Shown here piece after piece: positions 17,025 through 25,135 of a DNA stretch of 32,000 nt. The stretch is from positions 330,001-362,000 of the forward strand of contig NZ_AP028907.1 in assembly GCF_036323395.1 (NCBI RefSeq), written 5' to 3'. Below the pieces are notes generated by a model. It saw only the letters and a program-made list of their open reading frames with translations, was not told the origin of the DNA and made no database searches. This DNA comes from Pyrodictium abyssi. GTDB taxonomy: Archaea > Thermoproteota > Thermoprotei_A > Sulfolobales > Pyrodictiaceae. Every line of letters begins with the position of its first letter. Within the stretch, counting starts at the first letter, position 1. Both the position numbers and the translations under genes were made by a program.

Positions 17025-18211
17025 GTGATAGGCTATGACGGTGACCCGGCTGCGGCAAAGGCGGCTGTTAAGGCTGCTGGCTTCAAAATAGTGCGTGAGC
17101 TAGACGTATTCCACGCGATAGTGGTTGAGGTAAAGGGACTGGGCCCAGCAGATGCTGTCGACAAGGCCCGTAAGGGCTTTATGCGCCATGCCAAGAGCCT
17201 GGGCGTTGCACTGCGCTACGCTGAGCCTGACAGGCTCCTCTACGCCCTAGAGCCCAGCACGAGCCCGGACATACAGTGGAACATGGAGATGATTAGTGCC
17301 CCAGCTGTATGGGACTATTACTACCCGCTAGTAGGCGACGCCGCCCTTGGCAACGGTGTTCAGGTGGCGGTGCTCGACACTGGTATCGACTATACGCACC
17401 CGGAGCTCAGCGGTAAGGTCGTGTGGTGTGTCAACACGGCAGATTATCCGTGGACAATAGCTGGTAACCAGCCAAGGTATTGTATTGACCGTAACGGCCA
17501 TGGCACGCATGTGGCTGGTATAATAGCGGCGGCGCTCGACGGTGTCGGGGTAGCTGATGTCGCCCCCTTCTGTGACACTATACGCGATAAAGGTGCTTAG
17601 GAACAGTGGTAGCGGCTATGTGAGTGACATCGCTGAGGGCATCTACTACGCGGTAGCGGGACCAGATGGCATAGTCGGTACATGGGATGATGCAGAAGTG
17701 CTGAGCATGAGCCTAGGCGGGCCCGTCGACGACCCTCTGCTAAGGGACGCCACTTACTGGGCTTACCAGAACGGCGTGATAGTGGTAGCAGCGGCTGGCA
17801 ACGAGGGCGACGGCGACCCCCACGACAGATGAGGTATCCTACCCCGCCCGGTACCCCTGGGTCATAGCAGTAGCGGCAGTAGATATCAACGGTGATAGCC
17901 CCTGGTGGAGCAGCGAGGGCCCCGAGGTGGATGTAGCGGCGCTGGGCGTCGATGTGCTCAGCACCTATCTGCGTGGCGGCTATGAGGTGCTGAGCGGTAC
18001 AAGCATGGCTACACCCCATGTAAGCGGCGTAGTAGCTCTAATGCAGGCACTACGCCTTGCATCCGGCAAGGCCCCGCTGAGCTTCGAGCAGGTCTACGAG
18101 GCTCTCACAGCAACAGCGATAGACCTTGGTCCAGCGGGGTTCGACAACTTCACGGGCTACGGCCTGGTGAACGCATACGCGGCTGTGAACTACGCGCTCC
18201 AGATGCCCTAA
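17025..18211 (+). pseudogene. subtilisin-family (S8) serine protease with I9 propeptide, interrupted by two +1 frameshifts
   Basis: Three ORFs in phases 0, +1 and +2 (17025-17600, 17557-17832, 17927-18211) carry Asp (VAVLDTGID), His (NGHGTHVAG), Asn (AAAGNEG) and Ser (SGTSMATPH). The shifts map to C5 runs at 17563-17567 and 17817-17821. The in-frame signal-like stretch 16953-17024 lacks any start codon. Confidence 0.8.
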
Positions 18212-18232
18212 GGGCCCCGTTGCCGCCGACTG

Positions 18233-18237
18233 TTTTT
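18233..18237 (+). terminator. T5 tract after the protease gene
   Basis: gactgTTTTTcc lies 22 nt after stop 18211. Confidence 0.35.
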
Positions 18238-18542
18238 CCTACAGCCGTGTACCCGCCCTCTTTGGCGCCGCCTTATGCCGGCATATTTGTACATGATATA
18301 AGCGTCAAGGGCCTTCTCTAGCTCCTTCTGGCCCCTTTAGGGCCGGGCTAGCTGCAAGGTGAAGTTTATGGGCCTAGATAACACGGCTTAGGACACGGGG
18401 GGCTAGAAGGCATCGAACCCCGCTGACGCAGTCTACGTGATGAGGGGCTGAGCGGGAAGCCCTCCGTCCAGGATCGGCGGAGGGGATGCTCCAGGAGCCC
18501 CGCACTCTAATCCTAAGGCTCACGTGGCTCTGTCCCAGCAGC

Positions 18543-19607
18543 ATGTCTGAGGGCAATGGCGTCTTGAGGGAGAGAAGACGTGTACAGGTAACCGGGGGAG
18601 GCTCCTACATAGTAACCCTGCCGAAGGAGTGGGTGAGACTACACGGTATCCGTAAGGGTGCTGAAGTAGTTATAGCCTTGGAGCCGGATGGCTCGCTCCG
18701 CATCGAGCCTGTGGGCATGCAGCAGCGCCGCATAGTCTCGGCGCGTATAATGGTTGAAGAGGGCTGGGACTTCTGGCGGATAGCCCGGCGCGTCATATCC
18801 TACTACGTGGCCGGCGCCGACATAATAGAGGTGGTTTTCAGCTCCGTACCAGGCTCTCAGACCGCCAAACAGCTACGCGAGTTTATAGCCAGCAGGCTCA
18901 TCGGAGTAGAGGTCGTAGAGGAGTCCTCCTCGTCGATAGTATTCCAGGTAATAGCGGACATGGCTAGCCTGCCCCTAGAGGCCTCGATAAAACGGCTCAT
19001 CAAGACAGTCGGCTTCATGCTAGAGGATATGATAGAGGGGCTCCGGCAAGGCATACGCGATATACTGGCAGAGGTTGATGAAAGAGATGACGTGGTTGAC
19101 AAGTTCTACATGTTTATATCAAGGCAGCTTATCAGCGTGCTGGCGGGCTACAGGTCGCCTAGCGAGATAGGGCTCAACAACCTGGCCGACGCGAGCATAT
19201 TGATGACCGCGGCTAAGCATCTTGAGAGAGCAGGAGACCATGCATCAATGATAGCTTCTACAGCCATTGAGCTCCTGGATAGGGGTGTAGACTTCAGCCG
19301 GGGCTGTCTTGCCGAGATTCCTTCGCACCTAGAAGAGATAGCGAAACACTACCAGTTGGCCACGTCAACATTCCTAAACCCGAGCCCACCCCGGGCGGAC
19401 GAAGGCATAGAGGAGGGTATACAGCTCAAGAAGAGAAACGAGGATATACTCAAGTCCTTGACTTGTGAGCGCGAGCCGCTCGTCATGGCCCTGGTCCGCA
19501 GGATAGTGGAGAGCAGTAGGCGGATAATAGACTACAATATAGACCTCCTAGAGCTCGCGCTGAATAGGTCTGTGCTCCACGAGCTTTTGAAGGAGAACCC
19601 AAGATAG
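18543..19607 (+). CDS. phoU: AbrB/SpoVT-domain plus PhoU-domain regulator (archaeal phosphate-uptake-regulator type)
   Basis: VQVTGGGSYIVTLPKEWVRLHGIRKGAEVVIALEPDGSLRIEP is a SpoVT/AbrB swapped hairpin. It is followed by two PhoU-like helical repeats (DDVVDKFYMFISRQL..., LERAGDHASMIA). The track ORF starts at ATG 18486. ATG 18543 (MSEGNGVLRERRRVQV...) gives the usual short N-terminus. The start is uncertain. Confidence 0.8.
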   Translation: MSEGNGVLRERRRVQVTGGGSYIVTLPKEWVRLHGIRKGAEVVIALEPDGSLRIEPVGMQQRRIVSARIMVEEGWDFWRIARRVISYYVAGADIIEVVFSSVPGSQTAKQLREFIASRLIGVEVVEESSSSIVFQVIADMASLPLEASIKRLIKTVGFMLEDMIEGLRQGIRDILAEVDERDDVVDKFYMFISRQLISVLAGYRSPSEIGLNNLADASILMTAAKHLERAGDHASMIASTAIELLDRGVDFSRGCLAEIPSHLEEIAKHYQLATSTFLNPSPPRADEGIEEGIQLKKRNEDILKSLTCEREPLVMALVRRIVESSRRIIDYNIDLLELALNRSVLHELLKENPR

Positions 19608-19705
19608 CCTAGAACATGTAGGTTTATAGCCTAGCTGGTCCGGCTTAGCAGCCTGGCGTACATGCTGGTATTGAACGTTTTTGGGCTGGAGGTGTAGTAG
19701 AGGAG

Positions 19706-19990
19706 ATGGCACAGCGCCAGCGTGTCAAAACGGTTAGCCCCCTACGAGTACTAAGAGAAGCAGTTGGAAGAGTAATATTCGTCAAGCTCAAGGACGGGAG
19801 TGAGTACATAGGCAAGCTAGACGCCACAGATTCCACCATGAACCTGGTGCTGGACGAGTGTGTCGAGCTTAAGCCAGGCACTATGGAGCCAAAGGTAAAG
19901 TACGGCAGAGTGCTGATACGCGGTAGCCACGTAGTCTACGTCAGCGTGGACTACGAGATAGTAGCTGGCGGCTCGCTACCAATAGGCTGA
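19706..19990 (+). CDS. archaeal Sm-like protein (SmAP/LSm)
   Basis: The Sm1 motif is [30 protein letters not shown] and the Sm2 motif is [21 protein letters not shown] lies upstream of the ATG. Confidence 0.9.
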   Translation: MAQRQRVKTVSPLRVLREAVGRVIFVKLKDGSEYIGKLDATDSTMNLVLDECVELKPGTMEPKVKYGRVLIRGSHVVYVSVDYEIVAGGSLPIG

Positions 19991-20042
19991 AGCAAATAAA
20001 CGCCGATTACACCTTTAAGGCCCAGCAGCACTGGCTGCCAAC

Positions 20043-21284
20043 GTGGTGAGGCAAGTGGCACGGAACATCGTGGTCGAGAGCATTAGATGGCAGGCAATAG
20101 AAGAGCACGGTGTAGAGCTAGTAGAGAGAAAGGGAACCGGCCACCCCGACACCATAGCAGACGCGGCGGCGGAGGAAGCTAGCCGTATACTCTCGCAGTA
20201 CTACCTAGAACGCTATGGAGCTGTACTGCACCATAACCTCGACAAGGTCCTCGTGGTCGGTGGCCAGGCGGCTCCAAAGTTCGGCGGTGGAGATGTGCTA
20301 CAGCCGATATACATCATAGTGTCTGGCAGGGCTACTACAGAGGTAAGGCTAGAGGACGGCAGCATAGAGAAGGTGCCGATAGGCCCTATAATAATGAAGG
20401 CTGTCAAAGGCTGGATAAAGGAGCACTTCCGATTCCTCGACCCCGAGAAGCACGTGATTGTAGACTACAAGATAGGTCACGGTAGCACCGACCTAGTAGG
20501 CATATTCGAGCTGGGCAAGGGCCAGGTACCGCTGGCGAACGACACAAGTGTCGGTGTAGGATTCGCGCCATTCTCTCATCTTGAGCGCCTAGTGTATGAG
20601 ACGGAAAGGCTGCTAAACAGCAAGGAATTCAAGCAGAAGAACCCAGAGGTAGGAGAAGACATAAAGGTAATGGGCCTACGCCGGGGCAAGAAGATAGAAC
20701 TCACCATAGCCGCTGCGCTCATCTCGAGCCTAGTATCCGACGTGGATCACTACCTGTCGGTAAAGGACGCTATACGTGAGGCAGTACTCGACCTAGCAAG
20801 CAAGATAGCGCCAGACTACGACGTAGAAGTCTACGTGAACACTGCGGACAGGCCAGACAAAGGCATAGTGTACCTAACGGTCACGGGGACGAGCGCCGAG
20901 CACGGCGACGACGGTATGACTGGCCGCGGCAACAGGAGCTACGGCCTCATAACCCCGCTGCGTCCGATGAGCCTCGAGGCAGCAGCGGGCAAGAACCCGA
21001 TAAACCATGTCGGCAAGATATACAACGTAATGGCTATGAACATCGCAAGAAGGGTCTACGAGAGCGTCAAGGGCATACGCGAGGTCTATGTGGAGCTGCT
21101 AAGCCAGATAGGCAGGCCGCTAAATGACCCACTAGTAGCCAACGTCAAGGTTCTAGCAGAGAAGCCCGGAGAGCCACTACCGAGCGACGCTGTGCGCGAG
21201 ATAGAGGCGATAGTAGAGGAGGAGCTAGACAGCTACCACAAGATAACAAGGCTATTCATTGAAGGCAAGATCAGTGTCTTCTAG
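20043..21284 (+). CDS. mat: archaeal-type S-adenosylmethionine synthetase (MAT)
   Basis: [25 protein letters not shown] and [18 protein letters not shown] are characteristic of the archaeal MAT family. It is about 410 aa long, with a GTG start. Confidence 0.95.
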   Translation: MVRQVARNIVVESIRWQAIEEHGVELVERKGTGHPDTIADAAAEEASRILSQYYLERYGAVLHHNLDKVLVVGGQAAPKFGGGDVLQPIYIIVSGRATTEVRLEDGSIEKVPIGPIIMKAVKGWIKEHFRFLDPEKHVIVDYKIGHGSTDLVGIFELGKGQVPLANDTSVGVGFAPFSHLERLVYETERLLNSKEFKQKNPEVGEDIKVMGLRRGKKIELTIAAALISSLVSDVDHYLSVKDAIREAVLDLASKIAPDYDVEVYVNTADRPDKGIVYLTVTGTSAEHGDDGMTGRGNRSYGLITPLRPMSLEAAAGKNPINHVGKIYNVMAMNIARRVYESVKGIREVYVELLSQIGRPLNDPLVANVKVLAEKPGEPLPSDAVREIEAIVEEELDSYHKITRLFIEGKISVF

Positions 21285-23327
21285 CAACAGCTTCATCCTC
21301 TTAGCGCGGTACTCCTCAAACATCCTCTTTACATCAGCCAATGCTAGCTCACGCTTCCTCGCACGCTTCTTAGCCTCCTCTATCTCGCGTAGCCTGTAAT
21401 AGGCGTCGACAATGATTCTCTCGTCTAGCAGTACTAGCCAGTTCAGCCTCTTCACCTCGTAGCTCTCGAGAGGGAGAACCGGCACGCCATGGGCCTCTAT
21501 GACGTCTCTACGGTTGAGCGCCTCTCCGGGGACGAGTACTGCTAGCAGTAGCTTTGAGACAGATGAGCCGTGCTGGCTCCACTGCACAGGGTTGATAGCA
21601 TCCATAACGGCTACTATGCGTCCATAGCTCCTGGCGAGGCTGGCAAGTGCCTCGACGGACTCGTTATCGAGCTCACGGAGCCTTAGCGCCGGGATGGCCC
21701 TCCCTGATGCTACTAGGAAGAGGGCTTCCCGCAACCCGGAAATCTCAGCGTTCAGAGCCCCGGCTTCGCTACGCAGCTTCTCTATCTCGGCGCGGAGAAG
21801 CCGGACCTCGTTAGAGAGACGGTTCACCTCCCGATCCTTCTCGAGGCTTTCTCTGTACTCTGTCTGTAGCAGTCTATACTCGGCTTCGAGGCGCTGCAAC
21901 TGCTCGTTCAGCTCCCGGAGCCTCTTGCGCAGCGCCATGTTCTCAGCTCGTAGCTTCTCGAGCTCCATGCGTAGGCGGGCCGCGTTGTCGGCCGCGTCTA
22001 CCTGCTGCGTGGCTTCGCTCTCGGTTTTGTTTCGGCGCACGCTCTTTACTAGATAACTGCGCGTGCCTATGTCGTTTAGTGCAGCGTGTATGGCACGTTC
22101 AACAGCCTCGGCTATAGTCGCGCCTCTTATCACGTCCGCTTTTATCGCGTCAACGTCTATGTCTATGCCTAGTCTAGCGGTATAGGACTCGACCTGCCTC
22201 ATCTTAGACTCGTGGATGTGGAGAGCCTTTATCGCGGCAGCCAGCGCGTCTCTAACGTGAGCATCGGCCACCTTGCGTAGCTCTGGGAACCGTTTGGTGT
22301 ACTCCTCCACTATGGAGCGCTTCTCCTCCACACTGAGAGAGACAGGAGGCTCATAGATGGGCACGCCTATCGCAGCTGCGAGTTTACGGACAAACTCGGG
22401 GGCAGGACGCACATCGGTAGCTACCATAACGGGTATACCGTAGCGGGTTATGAGCTCTATTACCTCGCTACGGTCCATGCCGCGCCTGCTGAGGGCGAAC
22501 ACTGGGCGCCCGTTGAGATCAACAGCTGCAACCCCCGTAGATATGCCTGGGTCGATGCCCACTATTATGTAGGGCTTCGTCTGGTCTAGCTGCTCAGACA
22601 CAGTGTTTTCGAATACTATGCGGCTGCTGTAAACCGGCTGTATCTCTATCCTGACATCGTTGTCCTCATGCGGCTTTATTACCCCGGTAAGACGGCTTCT
22701 CGGGGCATAGACCACGAAGACGGCGCTATCTAGGCCTCCGCCACTCTTACGAAACAATAGGTCGTAGTCTAGACGGTGGCGATCCAGCAGACGCTTAATA
22801 TCCTTCACAGCCCTAAGTATCGCTGAGCGCACCCTACGCTGGTACCGAGGACTACTCATGCCTCCATGCTTTAGTCTCCGGGACTTAGCCACCACTATGC
22901 GCGTCTTCTCCTCGACGAAGCGTACCCGTGAGCCGTAGCCCATGGAGGCGAGCATTGCTGCCAAGTACGCCGTACGTGCTGGCGAGAGCTTCCCGGAGCC
23001 ACCGACGTCGAGGCCGGCCAGCCTGGCCAGCTTGCGTAGGTTGACGAGCGAGCCGTCCGGTAGCCGGGTAGGCTGTACTATGTTCAAGTCTGGAGGAAGC
23101 ATGGACGTTATCTTTACGAGCTCTTTCTCCGTGGAGGCGAGCTCGTATATGTTGTCTACGGCCAGGATATCCGGGCGATACTCCCACACAAGCCTTATGA
23201 GGCGGTGAAGGGGGACCGACTCGTACTTGGCCACTAGCTTCCCGTCCTCGACGACCGCTACGGAGTAGCACCTAGCTCCGCTACTGCAGCCGGGCTCAAC
23301 ATCTATACCGATTGCACGCAGAGACAA
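21252..23327 (-). CDS. DUF460/COG2433-family archaeal protein (RNase H-like/YqgF-like nuclease folds plus long coiled coil)
   Basis: AIGIDVEPG and [23 protein letters not shown]...[22 protein letters not shown] are DUF460 hallmarks. A coiled coil of roughly 90 aa runs through [37 protein letters not shown].... The track ORF starts at GTG 23444. TTG 23327, preceded by GGGTGG, gives [10 protein letters not shown], the family-typical N-terminus. Confidence 0.8.
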   Translation of the reverse strand: MSLRAIGIDVEPGCSSGARCYSVAVVEDGKLVAKYESVPLHRLIRLVWEYRPDILAVDNIYELASTEKELVKITSMLPPDLNIVQPTRLPDGSLVNLRKLARLAGLDVGGSGKLSPARTAYLAAMLASMGYGSRVRFVEEKTRIVVAKSRRLKHGGMSSPRYQRRVRSAILRAVKDIKRLLDRHRLDYDLLFRKSGGGLDSAVFVVYAPRSRLTGVIKPHEDNDVRIEIQPVYSSRIVFENTVSEQLDQTKPYIIVGIDPGISTGVAAVDLNGRPVFALSRRGMDRSEVIELITRYGIPVMVATDVRPAPEFVRKLAAAIGVPIYEPPVSLSVEEKRSIVEEYTKRFPELRKVADAHVRDALAAAIKALHIHESKMRQVESYTARLGIDIDVDAIKADVIRGATIAEAVERAIHAALNDIGTRSYLVKSVRRNKTESEATQQVDAADNAARLRMELEKLRAENMALRKRLRELNEQLQRLEAEYRLLQTEYRESLEKDREVNRLSNEVRLLRAEIEKLRSEAGALNAEISGLREALFLVASGRAIPALRLRELDNESVEALASLARSYGRIVAVMDAINPVQWSQHGSSVSKLLLAVLVPGEALNRRDVIEAHGVPVLPLESYEVKRLNWLVLLDERIIVDAYYRLREIEEAKKRARKRELALADVKRMFEEYRAKRMKLLLEDTDLAFNE

Positions 23328-23479
23328 CCACCCCAGGGCACGGGCAGCGCAGCCCCAAAGCTCTACAGGGACACTAGAGGCGGGCACGCGGCAGGGGCTG
23401 GCAGGCCCCCAGGTAGATACTAACACACTGTTCCACAGCAGCACCCTCTAATAGCCGGTACTGTCCTAGTCATAGCCTA

Positions 23480-23800
23480 AACTGGGCCCCGCCGGTCTCA
23501 CACCCGCCGAGACCCGGCTACGGGGCTATGAAGCGGGGCGGTCAGGCGGGGCACAAAGCAAACACGTTTATCACAGGTCTCCACAGCCCATACACCCTGG
23601 GGCGGGATGAGCGCGCCCCCTCGCGCGCCCCTTGCCCGCCGAGGCTACGGGGCGCGCCGGTGACGTGTACCGGGCCGGACGCGACCGCGCACCCGCGCCT
23701 CGTAGTGCTGCTCTTGGGCCTGGATGTGGCAACAGCGAGGCTCCATGGCTGCCCGTCCTCCCGTGCTAGCGGCATGCATGTGGCAACAATTTTGTGGAGT
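23480..23800. ncRNA. candidate GC-rich structured RNA, or a long structured leader (unnamed; strand unresolved)
   Basis: This is the longest non-coding gap in the window. It is more GC-rich than the flanking genes, and its only ORFs translate to R/P/A/G-rich nonsense. Strong helices are at 23486-23526, 23599-23640, 23651-23699 and 23697-23741. GGCTACGGGGC occurs twice (23516, 23643). See the findings. Confidence 0.25.
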
Positions 23801-23833
23801 GCTCTCCTCGTGTGTCTCCGGTGACACCTGGCC

Positions 23834-24247
23834 TTGACTGTAGAACGTGGTCCTTGTGGCGAGAAGGTAGGGAGGGCGTCCGACGTAGAGGCGAAGGAGG
23901 CCACGCTAGGGAGTGGCGAGAAGGTACCCGGGGTATACATACGCTGGCTCATATCCAGTGGGGATGGCGCGCCTACATTCGCTATGAGGCTCTTCACGGT
24001 CGAGCCAGGCGCTCATATACCAGGGCACAAGCATCCATGGGAGCACGAGATATACGTGCTCCGGGGCTCTATGCGTGTAAGGATAGGCCAGAGAGAATAC
24101 AGTGTGAGCAGTGGAAGCTTCGTATACGTACCGCCGAACGTAGAGCACGAGTACTTTGCCGGCGAGGATGGCGTAGAGTTCCTCTGCATAATCCCGCTAA
24201 GACCCAGCGTGGATGACAGCTACAACCCTTGCAAGCCCAGTGCCTGA
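23834..24247 (+). CDS. cupin-domain protein
   Basis: Cupin motif 1 is PGHKHPWEHEIYVLRG and motif 2 is GSFVYVPPNVEHEY. TTG start. Confidence 0.75.
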   Translation: MTVERGPCGEKVGRASDVEAKEATLGSGEKVPGVYIRWLISSGDGAPTFAMRLFTVEPGAHIPGHKHPWEHEIYVLRGSMRVRIGQREYSVSSGSFVYVPPNVEHEYFAGEDGVEFLCIIPLRPSVDDSYNPCKPSA

Positions 24248-24299
24248 GTAAGAAACTTGAAACCCTGGATGCGGCCGACTCCGAGGGTGAGCCAGGGCC

Positions 24300-24983
24300 G
24301 TGCCCCGTGTGCCAGTAAAGCTCGTCACGTGGGAGGAGGTAGTCGAGTGGAGCCGTGGCCTCGCCCGCGTAATAAAGCAGTCCGGCTACAAGCCAACCGT
24401 GATAATAGCTGTCGCGCGCGGCGGCTACGTAGCTGCTAGGCTGCTGTGCGACTTCCTGGGAGTCGAGAACCTGCTAAGCATACAGAGCCAGCACTGGACA
24501 GAAGCGGCAAAAGCCTCAGAAAAAGCTATGCTAAAGTTCCCCTACAAGGTTGACCTACAGGGGCATAAGGCCCTCCTGGTTGACGACATAGTTGACACAG
24601 GTGAAACACTAAAGCTAGCACGCGACTACATAGCCAAGGAATGGAGGCCCGACGACCTGAGAATAGCCACGCTGCAGTGGATAAGCCCAGTGGCCAAGCT
24701 GAAGCCCGACTACTACTACATAGAGGTCAAGGAGTGGGTCTGGTTCCAGTACCCGTGGACACGTCTCGAGGACGTAACACAGTTCATACGCAGGATGCTG
24801 TCAGAACACAGCAAGGAAACAGGACAGACAGAGTGGAGCTACGACGAGATAAAGAGCCTATTCAAGGAATGGTACGGCATAGAGGTAGAGGAGTTCTACT
24901 ACCAGGACGCTCTAGAAGCGCTAGTCGAGTCAGGATTCCTAGAGAAGGCTGGCGACAGGTATAGGCTCCGCAGCAGCCCTTAG
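24300..24983 (+). CDS. purine phosphoribosyltransferase (Gpt/Hpt-like) with C-terminal extension
   Basis: The PRPP-binding loop is KALLVDDIVDTGETLKLA, and the N-terminus TWEEV..W...LA..I..SGYKP..IIAVARGG is typical of type I PRTases. GTG start. About 70 extra C-terminal residues remain unassigned. Confidence 0.8.
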   Translation: MPRVPVKLVTWEEVVEWSRGLARVIKQSGYKPTVIIAVARGGYVAARLLCDFLGVENLLSIQSQHWTEAAKASEKAMLKFPYKVDLQGHKALLVDDIVDTGETLKLARDYIAKEWRPDDLRIATLQWISPVAKLKPDYYYIEVKEWVWFQYPWTRLEDVTQFIRRMLSEHSKETGQTEWSYDEIKSLFKEWYGIEVEEFYYQDALEALVESGFLEKAGDRYRLRSSP

Positions 24984-24993
24984 ACATGAGCCC

Positions 24994-25064
24994 GGGTGGT
25001 GATGTAACCGGCTATCGCGGAGCCCGCTAGGGGACTATGAAGAATTTGGCCTTTGCTGAGCCCC
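24994..25064 (+). ncRNA. candidate C/D box sRNA (2'-O-methylation guide)
   Basis: The C box GUGAUGU is at 24999-25005, followed by a 12-nt guide AACCGGCUAUCG and D' CGGA at 25018-25021. A 15-nt loop precedes C' AUGAAGA at 25037-25043. A second 12-nt guide, AUUUGGCCUUUG, is followed by the D box CUGA at 25056-25059. The flanks GGGU/GCCC can pair. It is intergenic, just after the PRTase stop. Confidence 0.45.
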
Positions 25065-25135
25065 ACACCTATTCTCCAGCACAGCCCCTGCTTTCTGCCG
25101 GCGCTGGCCCCGATACCCGCGCTAGGCGATGAGCT

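Noticed and set aside
18405-18425. GGGGTTCGATG (T-loop-like) on the - strand
   Set aside because: No complementary T-stem, acceptor or anticodon arms can be drawn.
18437-18451. GTGATGA followed by CTGA (C/D box-like) upstream of phoU
   Set aside because: The boxes are only 4 nt apart, and there is no second box pair at 12-nt spacing.
23528-23997. ORFs 23528..23824 (+), 23542..23997 (-) and 23645..23827 (-) in the GC-rich gap
   Set aside because: The translations are R/P/A/G/C-rich nonsense without motifs. One overlaps the well-supported cupin gene. This is typical of random ORFs in GC-rich non-coding DNA.
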